Source: Novakomyces olei (taxonomy: Eukaryota). From it: DNA of 64,000 nucleotides. The stretch is taken from positions 62,001-126,000 of the forward strand of contig JADEYG010000009.1 in the NCBI GenBank assembly GCA_016906335.1. The letters are read 5' to 3'. The notes beneath the pieces are model-generated. The model was not told where the DNA came from. It was given only the letters and a program-made list of their open reading frames with translations, and made no database searches. Of this stretch, positions 34,325-46,705 are shown piece by piece; the first letter of the stretch is position 1, and the number at the start of each line of letters is the position of its first letter. A program made the translations under genes and the position numbers.

Positions 34325-35908
34325 ATGGTGTCTATAAAATCGCTGATCCACCATTCAAGGCCGACATCGCCTCTGCCGGACCAATGCAGCTCCGCGAGCG
34401 GCAGCTCTGCTGATCCAGGGCGGCCGCAGCAGCTGCCGACATGGAACATATTCCAGTCGCAGTTAAAGCAGGAGCCAAACTCTGCTGGTGCGGGTCACCA
34501 CCCTTTGCCAGAGGCAAAAGGCGGAGCGGCTCTGCCACCGATCTCGTCCTTCTTCCAGGCCCGCACGGACACGGGCCGCAATGGCCAAGTAAAGGCCTTT
34601 AATGGGGACAAGGAGGGAGGAGGCTCCCACAGACACAATATCGACTATGACGTGGATATGGACTCTGACGAAGAGGCGGTGAGACGGGGAGAGCAAAGGG
34701 CGTTGGCCCGGGACGAGTATGGCCGACTCTACCAGGCCCAAAAGTACGAGGCCGCTAGCGAAAGGCTCTACAGTAAGGAATACAGTACAGGCAAAATGGA
34801 TCCTTCAAGGTTTGCTACGGGCGACTATACGAGCCGCAGCAGTAGCAGCAACCACAGTAACTGCTCAAGCGGCAATTCTGGGCCGACTCTCTCTGCGCGA
34901 GAGCAAATGTACCATCAACAGCAGCAGAGGCACCATCAAACAGCTGTGTTTGGGACTACTCCGCCAGTGTACGCTGACTTTGCTCCTCCACCGGCTCACT
35001 CTCACGCTCAGCCGATCCCATACAACAAGAGCCACGTTCACGCTCATTCGGCTACTCGAGCAATCCCTACTCCGCCTTCGTTTGACGATCATTCAAGGCT
35101 GGCGGGCGGCCTGAACAGCGTTGGCTCTTGCTCTATCCCAAGAACTGGCAGCGTCGGGTCTAATGGCTCAAAGCTGCTTCCACCTGCAACTGCAACTGCT
35201 GCTGCTGCTGCTTCAAGCTACTCGTCTTCCGGCTTCATGTTTGGTGCGAGTCCGCTGGCCGGGTCAGTACCTTCCTCTGCCTCTTACGTCCCCACCCTCT
35301 ACTCGCCAGCAGGTACTGTCCCCACTCCAGGCAGCAGTGTCTCTGTTACACCAGGGGCAAGCAGCGTCAATGGAGGCAACGGCCCTTCGTATTCTCCCAC
35401 GAGTCTAATGCCTTTGCAGGACAATAGCGTGCCATCTTTAATGCCTCCAGCAAACGCCTATGGCTTTCAACTACAACAGCCAAATCATACAAATCATACA
35501 AATCATACAGCTTCGGCAAGTGTCAACCCGCTGCCAAATCAGCCGGGTCCAGCGGGGTTCGTACCCCACAATGTGAACAGTGCGGGGTTCCGTGCTTGTG
35601 CGTCCACGTCAGGCTCGCCTTTTGCTGCTACGCCATTGGCTACCGCCTCCAGTGCGCCTACTCCAAGTTGCTCAAGTTACCCTTTCCCTGTCGTCCCGGG
35701 AGCCAGTGCTTCTTATTTTTCATCCTCCCTGCCCTCCCCAACGACTAATGTGAACAATCACCACCATAATAACAGCCATAATAACGGGTATAATAGCAAC
35801 AATAATGCTGATAGCCAGCAAGCATCGACCCCGCTTCCGTCTCCGCCTTCTTCGGCTTCTTTGTTACAAGAGCCAAGGCAAAAGTCACAGCAGAGGTATA
35901 GGCAGCAA

Positions 35909-35940
<32 letters not shown>

Positions 35941-36283
35941 ACAAAAATTGGCCCGGCAGTTTCCTCGTTACGGGCTCAATATGGCAGAGAGCTTTGGTAA
36001 ACACTCGCCTTCCTCAGACGCTTTTTCTGGCAGTGCAAACAATGACGTCAATGAAGATTCCTCGTCACGGGCCGCCACCACGCTAGTAGGGGCTGGAGTA
36101 ACACTGGAAAAGTACGTGTGCGAGATTTGTGAAAAGTCTTTTTCCCGGCCCAGTTCTTTACGTATACATTCTTATTCACACACGGGAGAAAGGCCGTACG
36201 TTTGCACGTACTCTGGGTGCAATCGTGCATTTTCCGTCCGGAGTAATATGCGACGACATATGCGAGTACACGGGGTTTCATGA
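34325..36283 (+). CDS. C2H2 zinc-finger transcription factor, MtfA/FlbC-like
   Basis: 652-aa intronless low-complexity protein with poly-Q. Two C-terminal fingers YVCEICEKSFSRPSSLRIHSYSHTGERPYVCTYSGCNRAFSVRSNMRRHMRVH, and an LPPISSF motif near the N-terminus. Confidence 0.85.
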
Positions 36284-37800
36284 AGACGTTTTCTTTAAAA
36301 AATAATTTTATTGCTCAATTATGTATTTGGTATTTTTTTTTTTTTTTTTTTTCATCTTTTCTTTCGCTTGTAATACTTGCTTTTTTAACATTTTCGTATG
36401 GGTTTCGTTGTGAGGATAGAAGGTCCGAGGTTTTGGTTACAGTTGAATACTTGTCGAATTTGAATTTCTCTGTAAAGTCATGTCGTGCGCTTATCTATTG
36501 GCTGAGGGCAATAGCGTTGCGTCGACTGAATGGTTTTCTTTTTACCGCTTTGCTTTATTACCAATAATATCTATAATGATTCAGTTATATTTCAATGGTT
36601 TTAGTTTACAAGCTTTTATTCGAAATGTACATGTTTATGATTTTTCCCCCCTTGGCTTGCCTTTATTTCGTATTTCTTTTTGCTTTGTGTTTGATTTATT
36701 CTTCTTCATGATAATGATGATGGTCGCGAGATTGTGGTGTAGACGAAGAAAAGTATGATGATGTTTTTTGTTAAACAAGAGTATATTTTGTCCGCACTAT
36801 TAACATTGATGGTTTTTGTTTTGATCGTGAATTTAGAGGATAGAGATTGGTATGAGGGAGAAAGAACTAGAGAGCTGTCAGAGTTTAGATTGAATTGAGT
36901 TTCATATTAACCTCTATGATTGATTCTTTATGTTTTACGATAAATTAATATTACTATCACTTTTGTGTATTGCTTTGCGTTACAACGGACCGAGAGGTAA
37001 CCCACGAATAAATTTTGGTGCATGTCTATGATAAGCCGTAGAGGATCGGGTGGAGCCTCGGACGTAAAAACCGTGCCTGGCCAGATTTGGGCCGGAAAAA
37101 GCAAGAGTTGCAAAATCTACCGATACACAATCAGACATCCCTTTACCTTTATTCCTTTCTATTTATTAGAGGCTTTGCCATTCGGAATAGATCATAGTGG
37201 CCTTTATTTTTCAGAGCTCTTTTTGCATACATAGCTCGTCAGACCCTTTATGTCATTTGCTATCATGGGCCACAGCACACGCTAGCTTACATGCATTATC
37301 TTTAGTTTGAAAAGTTAACCTTTTAAATAGCGGAAATTGGTGAATAGAAACCGGGTTCATTCATTGACGTGATTGTTCACGACAATTTACAGACAATTCT
37401 TACTCTATAAACTCGTGCGCCGTCGTGGATTGAAGAACGAAGCAAACAGACGTGACAGAAGCAATACAGAGAATAATCGTACCTTGAGAATAATAACACA
37501 TTAAAAAATCACAATAAACAGGCTTAAGACTATATAGACTGGTTTATGTGATACTAAATTATGTAATACACAATTACTCTTGTGAATCATTCACTGTGCA
37601 GATACGATATTTGCTCGCTTAAATTTAGCACTGTTCATATATCTAATATATTCCATATCTTATTTGTCAGTTAGTCTGAAATATAAAATATTACTCTATC
37701 GCCTACAGAGCAAACAGGAAATAATAGTACTTTGTAATCGAATTAAACGCGAAAAGTATCCGTCTCCACTGTGGGGCTCCATACACACGAACCCGGGAAT

Positions 37801-38388
37801 CTATGATGACGCAGGACAGAGAACGATCTCATAGTCCGCGTTGACAGAGCAATGGTGCTCTTTGGTGTAATCGGAAGTATATGTGAAAGCTCCTTGGCAT
37901 CCGCTTTCGAGGCACTCAAACTCGGTGCAAGTACCGCCGAGCGTGTCACCGTGAGGCGTGACTTTCATGGGGATATTGAAGCCTTGATCTCCGATATCAA
38001 CGACAGTCTGCTCGTTCGTACTGCCACCATACTGAAAGTTGGAGTAGCCCATCTCAAAGACGGTAAGAGAACTCGTCCATGAAATGCCTGAAACTTCAAC
38101 TCCTCCTCCGCTCTCAACTGCTCCTGAAGAGCACGAAGAGGCATCGCCGTTGCAGCCAGTACGGATCCACAATCGACCCTTAAATTCGCTCGGCACTTGA
38201 ACACTCCAAGAGTTACCGGAATCTAGAGTCGTTCCTGTCGTGTCTGGAAGAGGCGAAGTGTCCTCAAACTTGTAAATTGCCGGCCAGACCGTCTGATCGC
38301 ACTCGTTGCTTACCGATACGGTGTACGCATTGGCAGAGCGCAGAGCAATTGCGGCCGCAGCAGAAATGAGCGTGGCTAGTTTGAACAT
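37801..38388 (-). CDS. Secreted small thaumatin-like (PR-5) protein
   Basis: Signal peptide MFKLATLISAAAAIALRSANA. Thaumatin motifs VSNECDQTVWPAI, GRLWIRTGC, GFNIPMKVTP and YEIVLCP. 8 Cys, intronless. Confidence 0.85.
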   Translation of the reverse strand: MFKLATLISAAAAIALRSANAYTVSVSNECDQTVWPAIYKFEDTSPLPDTTGTTLDSGNSWSVQVPSEFKGRLWIRTGCNGDASSCSSGAVESGGGVEVSGISWTSSLTVFEMGYSNFQYGGSTNEQTVVDIGDQGFNIPMKVTPHGDTLGGTCTEFECLESGCQGAFTYTSDYTKEHHCSVNADYEIVLCPASS

Positions 38389-39793
38389 CTTGCTTTATAC
38401 AAATGTAAAGCGTGAAAAGAGGGCAATTTAAAGAAAACGTGTAAAGGTTGCTTTTGTGTCCGCCTAGAGAGTGATGGCAAAGACAGTTTCCCTGGCTGAA
38501 ATCGCGAGGACTTTTTGGTAGTGAAAGAGAGTTGATTGAATCTACGGCATGGAAACGTAAACCTTTTTATATCTTGGCCGTTGCGCGCTTGTGGGGCTCA
38601 TACGGTGCGTTTATGCCCGATGAAATTAGAGCGAGATCTCCTTATTTTCCTTTGCGCTTGCCTTCTTGTTTCTCCTGCGTTATTACTTGCCTCCCTTTTT
38701 GACATCCCTTCCCGATCAATCAGGGGAATTTTGCCAATTTTTAATTTTCACCGGTAAATTTATATTAATTTAATCTGATTATTGTCGCGTTTAACGCGCG
38801 TTTTGCTGACAATTAACGTTGCCGTTGCGGGTAAGCTTACTTGACAAGGATCGATCGTGGCAGTGCACCGTTGTGTGTGTGTCACCGCCCAGCCAATTAG
38901 GTGCCGAATTTAATTTGACAGGTGTGCCGGAAATTAAAAGGTTGCGGTAACGTTACTTTGTCTCGGGAATTGATCTAATTTACGACAACCGGCACTTGAA
39001 ATTAAGATCCATTTTCCCGAGTAATTTATTATTTTATGTAATCAAGCATTTCAGTCGCTTTAAAATAGCAGAAATAAATGGATAATGAAGCGAACACTTA
39101 ATAAAATTAATAGACTATAAAATAAGCATAACGCAGACATAGGGCCGCAACGATTGATGCCAAGATTTCCCCCGATAAATTTAGCACGAGCCCTAAGGGA
39201 CTATCTTCACTATTCAAAAGCGTTAACGCTCGATCGAATTGAGACAATCAGACTTGGCGGTTGAGAAAACCGCGCTTTTGTTGTTATCCCTGCATCGCTC
39301 TGCATCGCTGTTTAATTTAATTCAGAGTTTTAGGTCAAGGTAGTAAAATAGGATGAAGGATGAAAAGAAAATATTTCACTGTAATTGTTATTAAAATCTT
39401 GTGCAACGAAACTATGGGCGTATCATCAGTATTATACTAGCGATTTTCTCATTTTAAATTCAAATAAAATTTTTAATTTATAACTTGGAATATATAAAGA
39501 CTTGCAGCAGTATTGCCTGCTTGGCAGCAAGCGTACATACGCTTCCTATGTAATTTAAATTTAAAGTCTGCACACATAAATTTTATGGTCAAATTTATCT
39601 TACTTCCAAAGCAAATATTATTTCTACACAGCCTACGGAAATTACACAATTTTTTCTTTATATATAAAATGAAAATTATGTATATTCATCAAATGCCGAG
39701 ATCATCGGTCCATGAGGCTTGTAGAGGCGACGGCGTGTAAGGACCCTAAATTAGTAAAATATTTTCTATTCACCACTCTTTCAAGTATACAGT

Positions 39794-41598
39794 CTAGAAC
39801 CCAAAAATTGTTTCCAGTAAACCGCGGGCCAACCTGGACCTTAGCGAATTTGCTCCTGGAGCAACACTCTGAGTATTTGTATCTAAACGCGGCTTGGAAT
39901 CAGTAGCGCTGTCTCCTCCACTAAGCCATGAAAGCCAGCCATTCTGTGGGCTCGGCTTGAAAATATCATCACTCTCCAGTAACTGGACGCGTTTCGCTCC
40001 TCGTACACTCGATTGTGGGGTATTCGCAAAAGATTGAGGACCCTGAGATTTTGGCGTTTGAAAAGCCAAAGACGGAGTCGTTTGGCTCCGGTGCATTCCC
40101 AGCACTTTATTAGGCAATCTTCCAGCTTTTGCTGGCGGCGGCGGTGTGGTCGTCGCGTTGTCCACCTCCATTGCATCTGCATCGGGCCCCGTAAAATTAC
40201 TTGATCTTTTATCTGTAATGTTGCCCGCATTATTATTTGTTACATTTTCGTCAAGATTACTTGAAGCGATGTTTGAGTTTTGCCCAAGCGCGTCGGCAGC
40301 GTAAACGCACCCAATCATATATTTCCCGCCCAAGAGCATAGCATTCGCGTTTACTGCGCGCTCAGCACTGGCAGCATCTGTATAATTGATTTGTAACCAG
40401 TTGCCGCCCAGCGTAACATTGCCTGAATCTCCTGCAGCACTAGAATGAGTCCTTATCGGCCCATATCGACGAAAAACGTCGAGTACGTGCTGTGTCAAAT
40501 TAGAAGGAAATCCGAATATAATAACGCTTGTTCCGTCAGGTGCAATTTTTTGCTGCTGCTGTTGCTGTCTTTGTTGACCCTCCCGTATTTCTAACGACTG
40601 AGGCGACTTTAATTGTGAATGCGACTGGGTTGATGAGGGAGAGAACTGCCATTGTTTGGTCGTTTCAGGACTAGAAGGCTCTACCACAGAGTCTAGACCT
40701 CTTGGGGAATCGTAGATAGATGTAATTGGCGGAGCTTCCTCTTGAGCTCGGAGCATAGTGATTCCTGTCAAACCAGCTTGGCCGCCAGCGTGCCGCGAAA
40801 CGGGTTTGGGAGTACCAAAACTCGATCCGCCATACGTTCCCGGTGGCGACGACGAAGTCCGCCGTGAAAGGGGTCTGAAGATTAGATATGCGAGTGAGGA
40901 GCAAGAAAAGATATTTAGATTGCGGTAACGTTTATTTAATCCAAAATCATGCACTGGAAAACAGATATCGAACCCACACAAAAGTGTAGAATTAAAGATT
41001 TTCATTAAGTTTTATAGTATTAAATAATATAAACGAGCAGAGGAAAGCCTAGTGGCAAAGGAACAGAAAGAAGCAGAATAAGCCAGCAAAAAAAAAAGAG
41101 AAAAGATATTTATTTGGAACAAAAACTTACGGAGATCCACGGCTGTACGACCGTTCAGCAGCTAATGGTGAGCTGCGTTCAGGTAGGAATTGCTGATTGC
41201 ATTAGTCAACTTTGCACAAAATACCGAAAAAAAAGACTATAAAATAGCAAGCGTACCTTTTGCTGTGAGGAGTTGAACCGTGACAGATGGCTTGGCACGT
41301 AACGTCTATCACTTGACCCTCCCAGACTAGCGCTAAACCCTTGCCGGCCGGGCTTCGGCCCGCGGCGTAAAGGGCTTGCATTAGAGTACCCCGGGCTGCC
41401 AATTGAACTCGGCCCCAGATTCTCGCCTCGAGCACCGGTAAACTGGTTCAGCGAAGGAGAGCTGACGGAATAAGTCATTTGCTGTGGGGACTGTTGTTGA
41501 GAGGGGAATTGCTGCTGATTAAAAGACGAAGCATTTCCCGACGCAAAACCCGGCGATCCCTGCTGAGTTAAGGAAGGCGAGTTTAGCTGCGCCTGCAT
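39794..41598 (-). CDS. NUP53: Nucleoporin Nup53/Nup35 (Nup40-like), 3 exons
   Basis: PPITSIYD motif, Nup35-type RRM SVIIFGFP..FRRYGPI..GGNWLQINY..AERAV..NAMLLGGKYMIGCVY, and C-terminal amphipathic helix LLETIFGF. Confidence 0.85.
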
Positions 41599-41655
41599 TT
41601 TAATCAAACAGCCAAGTCGATTTGGCTACAGCCAATGAATATTAGCGCTGATCAC

Positions 41656-41696
41656 ACGCGTCAAAAATTTTTGGGTCAAAGTCGCGTCCAACGCGA
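41656..41696. promoter_or_regulatory. MCB-like cluster (ACGCGT, TCGCGT, ACGCGA) upstream of NUP53
   Basis: Three CGCG-core elements within 41 bp, 60-100 bp upstream of the NUP53 ATG. Confidence 0.4.
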
Positions 41697-42069
41697 ATCA
41701 ACAACGATCTCGACTCAACTTCATACAGAAAACAAACAAAAAACAAAATAAAAAATATAGATGGATCTATATCTTTTGTGAACATTTAAATAATTTGAAA
41801 TATATACATAATTTGAATGAAAAATATATACGTATATCAACGATGGCAATAGAGGCAAAATACACAAATAGGAAAAATACGTTCTATGCTCTCATACAAA
41901 GTTCTGCCCTTTAACGGTATAACTATGGTGCATAATGGATTTGCGTCGCAGATTGAGTTGCTACTGAACTCATATTGTTACTTGGTCCCAGTGAACAGTA
42001 ATAGAACATGCAACCAAGTACTGTAAGGAGTATATCAAGTAAAACGGATTGTCGCCTGGGCGACGTATT

Positions 42070-42076
42070 TGTTTAC
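42070..42076. promoter_or_regulatory. Forkhead consensus site (TGTTTAC) upstream of the NIMA kinase
   Basis: Exact GTAAACA on the minus strand, about 40 bp before ATG 42115. Confidence 0.4.
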
Positions 42077-42114
42077 ATAATCAACAAACGAGCACAGTAA
42101 TTGGCACTCTATGA

Positions 42115-43785
42115 ATGGAGACGTACGAGCCGCTCGAGGTGATCGGACATGGCTCGTTCGGCATTGTTCGAAAGGTATAATTAAGCATTTACATTTACAT
42201 TATATCTAAACTTAATCCCAGGTTCGCCGTCAGAGAGATGGAGCGATTCTGGTTCGAAAGGAAATCAACACTAGAAGAGTACGGAGCGAACACGAGAGGC
42301 GGCAAATTGCTCGTGAAATAGAGAACTTGGAAGCCTTGTCTCATCCAAACATTGTCAAGTATCATGAGCGCCATGTGGATACAGGCACGGGTCTTTTATA
42401 CATATACATGGACTACTGCAGCCAGGGCGATTTGGCCCATATGATTGCTCAGCATCGGGAGCAGGGCACTGCCTTTACGGAAGAGCAAATATGGGCCCTT
42501 TTTTACCAAATTGCTACAGCGCTCGAAACCTGTCACGATCCATCAACTGGGCACGTTTTCCTCCACCGTGACCTCAAGCCGGATAATGGTGAGTGCTTCT
42601 TCTTTTTGTGTTTTGCTATGTAATTATTCCCTTTTCTGTTTTATACAATTTGTACTCCGTTTGTGTTTGATCTGTTTGTGGATTTGCTTCTATTTATTCT
42701 TTTGCCTGAGCACGTTTGAGCTTGGCTGGGTATCAACTGACTTAAATCTAGTATTCATGGATGCCGACGATACAGTTAAGCTCGGAGACTTTGGCCTTTC
42801 AAAAGCATTAGAGGCTACACGGCAATGCTTTGCTCAAACCCTTGTTGGCACTCCTTATTACATGTCTCCAGAGATCATAAATAACAAGCCTTACACCACT
42901 AAATCCGACATTTGGTCGCTAGGCTGTGTAATGTACGAAGTTGCAACACTACACGTACCCTTTGATGCTGCAACGCGTTCAGAGCTGGACCAGGCCATCA
43001 AAATTGCAAATTATGCGCCTATACAGAACTATAGTAAAGAGCTCTGTGCTGCTATTTCCGCATGCCTACGTGTGGATTTCCATCAAAGGCCTTCGGCGGC
43101 TAGACTTTTAAAACTGGCACAAATGCGATTGGCCAAGGATCGTCTTGAGCTCAGTGCTAGGGCCCAGCGTCTGCAAAAGTTCGAGTCAGAGCTTGAAGCC
43201 AAGCATATAGAGCTGTGCAGACGCGAACAGGAATTAATTGAGGCAAAGGAAAGGTTATTCGGGCATTGGCAAATTCATGAAAAAGTAATTACTCATAATC
43301 AGTTGACGGCACAGGTCCAATCACCTACAGTTTTCTCCTCTGATGTTTGCATGACAGACTCGCCTTTACAGCCGTATAATCGTCTAAAAGATACAGAGAT
43401 GGCTCCATCTATTATCCGAGCGCCATTGGTGGCAGTAACAAATGTATTTCCAGCTTTAAACGGCGCGGAAGGAGCTACAGCGACTCCGACTAAACCTGCG
43501 GCTTTGAAATCTTTGAACTCTAACAACTTGTTCTTGAACAGACAGGGAAGGGGAATGAGAAGTCTAGAGATTGATCAGTCACCGCCATTGAATAATTTAC
43601 TGAGCAAAGCGGTCAAACGTAATGCGTTTGTACAAAGGCAGCAAAAACCTGAAAACGAACAAGCGTATATGGGAAGCGCGTTTTTAAGACAAGTCAAAAA
43701 TGGTGACAATGAAAGCGAACATGAGAGTGATGATTATGATATCCCAAGTCCTTTCTTAAAGAAGAATGAGCGACGAATGCTGTAG
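42115..43785 (+). CDS. NIMA-family Ser/Thr kinase (NimA/Fin1/Kin3), 3 exons
   Basis: YEPLEVIGHGSFGIVRK, ILVRKEIN, LSHPNIVKY, FLHRDLKPDN, VKLGDFGLSK, FAQTLVGTPYYMSPE, a coiled coil, and C-terminal DIPSPFL. Confidence 0.93.
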
Positions 43786-44023
43786 GCACAATTATATATA
43801 GACTTGCGGGCACGTCTCTTTGACACTAATGATGAGAATTCTTAACATATTTATTGACATAAATGACTTTAATCTAAATGAACAGACATGTAGAAACTAA
43901 CTGATCATGCGTGAATATCTAGAAAGATAGAATCGGCACAGAGCTACTATTATGTTTGGATCTGCCCACAAGTCAAAGTCAGTGTAATATATTGATGCTC
44001 CATCGGTTTATCATTAGAAATCA

Positions 44024-44580
44024 CTAGCTCTTTTCTCCCAACGATTTTAGCAGACTCAGGTAGACGTCTTTGTTGAAGCCGGATGCAGCCTTTTGGAAGT
44101 TAGTAAAGCAGGAGAAACAGCAAAAGATTTAAAAGGGAGCTATTAAATAAAATTGCATAGAAATAAAATCCATTGCTGGTGCCAAAAGAAGGAGAAACCG
44201 ATTTTTCAATTACCCTCTGATTATCCCAATCAACCAAGAGCGGGTTCCCATTCTTTATCTCTGCAATATCATCGGCAATGTTAGAATAGCCCGCTTGCCC
44301 CTCTCGATGCTTTGCAATTTGTCGAATAATATCAACCTGAGTACCCGTTGGCCCCTGGCTATCGAGATCAAGATCGAACTCTGGCAGATCGAACGGTATC
44401 ACGTTCGTTTCGCCCTTGTCCGGGAACAATTGCTTGCCATGGCTTCGCTCAAGCGCATTCTCCAGTAGGCTCTTAGCCAGCTGCGAAGCCTGAGACTTGG
44501 TGCGGTAGCTTTAAAGATCAGCATTATTTCAAAATAAATCCAGTCACGAACAATAAGGTTAGAGTGGGAACGGATCTCAT
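44024..44580 (-). CDS. FMP46: Fmp46/DUF1687-like mitochondrial thioredoxin-fold protein, 3 exons
   Basis: Reconstructed MRSVPTLTLFYRTKSQASQLAKSLL..EFDLDLDSQGPTGTQVDII..NPLLVDWDNQRVIEKS|AASGFNKDVYLSLLKSLGEKS. This matches the family pattern ITLFH..S..LL / FELEV..PPT.DQ / P..VDW.N. Confidence 0.7.
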
Positions 44581-44759
44581 CGGGCTGGCTTCGTTTTGTG
44601 GAGTCTTGCGCAAGTACAATGATATCATATAATAAATAGTACGATAGATTATACTATGTACAGGCAATGCCTATCTATATATAGCGTAAATTGTATAAAG
44701 ATACCGAAACACAGTTATTTGAAGTACTTGTAGAGTAGATCAAGTATGGTAATTAGAAA

Positions 44760-44779
44760 TAGGGTTAGGATTAGGGTTA
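44760..44779. promoter_or_regulatory. Telobox-like TTAGGG repeats (possible Tbf1/Teb1 sites)
   Basis: tagggttaggattagggtta about 180 bp upstream of the FMP46-like ATG. Confidence 0.35.
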
Positions 44780-44927
44780 TGAATATATTTGTTAACTGCA
44801 AGACTCAAATAGACAATTGACGCTAAATACTTTGTTCATTACCTGCAGGTCCATCGTTTACGTAGGCACTCTTTGCAACCATCTATCTCCAATCTATATA
44901 TACACAAATCCTTCGCCAATGCCTCCT

Positions 44928-46355
44928 CTATACCGCAATACCGGCCACATCATGCTCAATACTGCTGCCCACAACGGGCGGTCTTCGGCAGTTTTGTGCA
45001 CGCCACCAAGGAACATTTTCATCATCATCATCATCATAATCATGATCGTCATTAACATCAACGTTTTGATTACCCTGCCTCTCGGATTGTGGCCTGTCTG
45101 TTTCCTCGGTTATGATTCCCTTTTCAATAGCGTCAGCAATTACCCTTCTAACCAAAACAACCACTTCATCCAATGAATTTACAGTGAAGAACTTCATGCG
45201 ACCCACTTCGTTGCGGTCAGGCACGTTGGCATCAAACAGTTTTCTGCACATTTTAAATATATGAGACTTAATCCCAATCAGCGCTGTCTGGTCCTGGTCT
45301 AAGCCATATTGACGAATCAAATCAGCATATTCTGCTACCAGATTATCCAATCGCGGATGCCTTATTCGCCAGTCCAGTCGTGGGTTTTGAAAAATCGCTG
45401 GGTTGCTTAATGATCCCTCTGCAGTCATTACTCCATCTGCGCCGGTAGCCTCGAGGCATTTCTCAAAATCTTTAGCGTCCAATACGTTTCCATTTGCAAA
45501 TAGCACTGTATCTGGCGGCAAATTATCCCGCAAATATCTAATCTGGCTCCAATCAGCGACTCCAGTTAGAGAGCCTTTTTGCTCGCGAGTTCGGCCGTGC
45601 ACAGTCAAGATAGATGCACCTGCTTCCAGAATGCGTCGAGCATAAGCCAGAGTCTTATCCTTGTCTGGGAAAATGCGAATCTTTGCAGTTACGGGGACGG
45701 ACAAGTTGGCGTGCAGTGTCTGCACAAGTTCACATACAAGATCCCATTCGTCCTGTAAAAAGGAGCCATAATGGCCTTTACGAGCAATTCCCTGGGGACA
45801 TCCGAAATTGATGTCTACTGCTACACAATCCGATTCAATTAGCCGAGCAGCTCGCAATAATTCGCTAGGCTTATTCGCCGCAAACTGTTTTGTTAGAATT
45901 TATTTGTAATAAAATTAAAAAGAGATGGAAAAACCTAAAGATTCGAAAAAAGACAAGACATAGTGTAGTGCGATGTAATGAAAGAAACGTAAAACAAAAA
46001 CAAAATAAATTTCTCTGTTCAGTGAGACGATCAAACGTTAACGAAACCACAAATGAATAGACACAGCTATGGCAACACTTACCTGAATAAAAAGCTTTGG
46101 CTTCTCTGACGCAACAGTGGTGAATATCTTATTTCTGTACGAAGGACTCTCACAAAACAGTCGGGCATGAAGCATCGGAGAATAGCACAGATCTGCTCCA
46201 TAGCGCAGAGACAAAAGCCGCCATGCCAGTTCAGACTGGTCGACCATGGGAGCAAGAATCTTTTTTGGCGATCCAATCGACTCGTAAAATGCTCGGCCAT
46301 GAAGCTTTGGCACCCGCATGTTTTTGTCTGCAAGATTTGAGGCGTCGGGGGCCAT
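44928..46355 (-). CDS. DUS1: tRNA-dihydrouridine synthase Dus1 (2 exons)
   Basis: KLHGRAFYESIGSPKKILAPMVDQSELAWRLL, LFIQ|FAAN, AVDINFGCPQGIARKGHYGSFL, LTVHGRTREQKG and ANGNV. Confidence 0.93.
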
Positions 46356-46705
46356 CTGTTGTTGCGGGCGAACAAACTGCACTGATCGCGAAAAGACGCC
46401 TTTTTCCAAGAAGCAAAGCTTATCGTGCAAAGTATATTGATTGCCGGATTAATACTGAAAAGGGTCAATTAATATAATGCTTTTATTTTATTTTTATACT
46501 ATAGAAAAGAGCGTATTATGCTTGTGTGATAATAATTTAGTACGATTACTATACGAGAGAAATATAAAATTATTCACGAGGCGGGCAAAGTTTTCACTTA
46601 ATCATATTGATAACGAATAATAATAAAAGGCTCTATAATGAAAATAATATTTAATATTTTGATAAAATAGAGAAAAAAAAAGCACAGAGCAAAAGCCAAG
46701 TGCAA

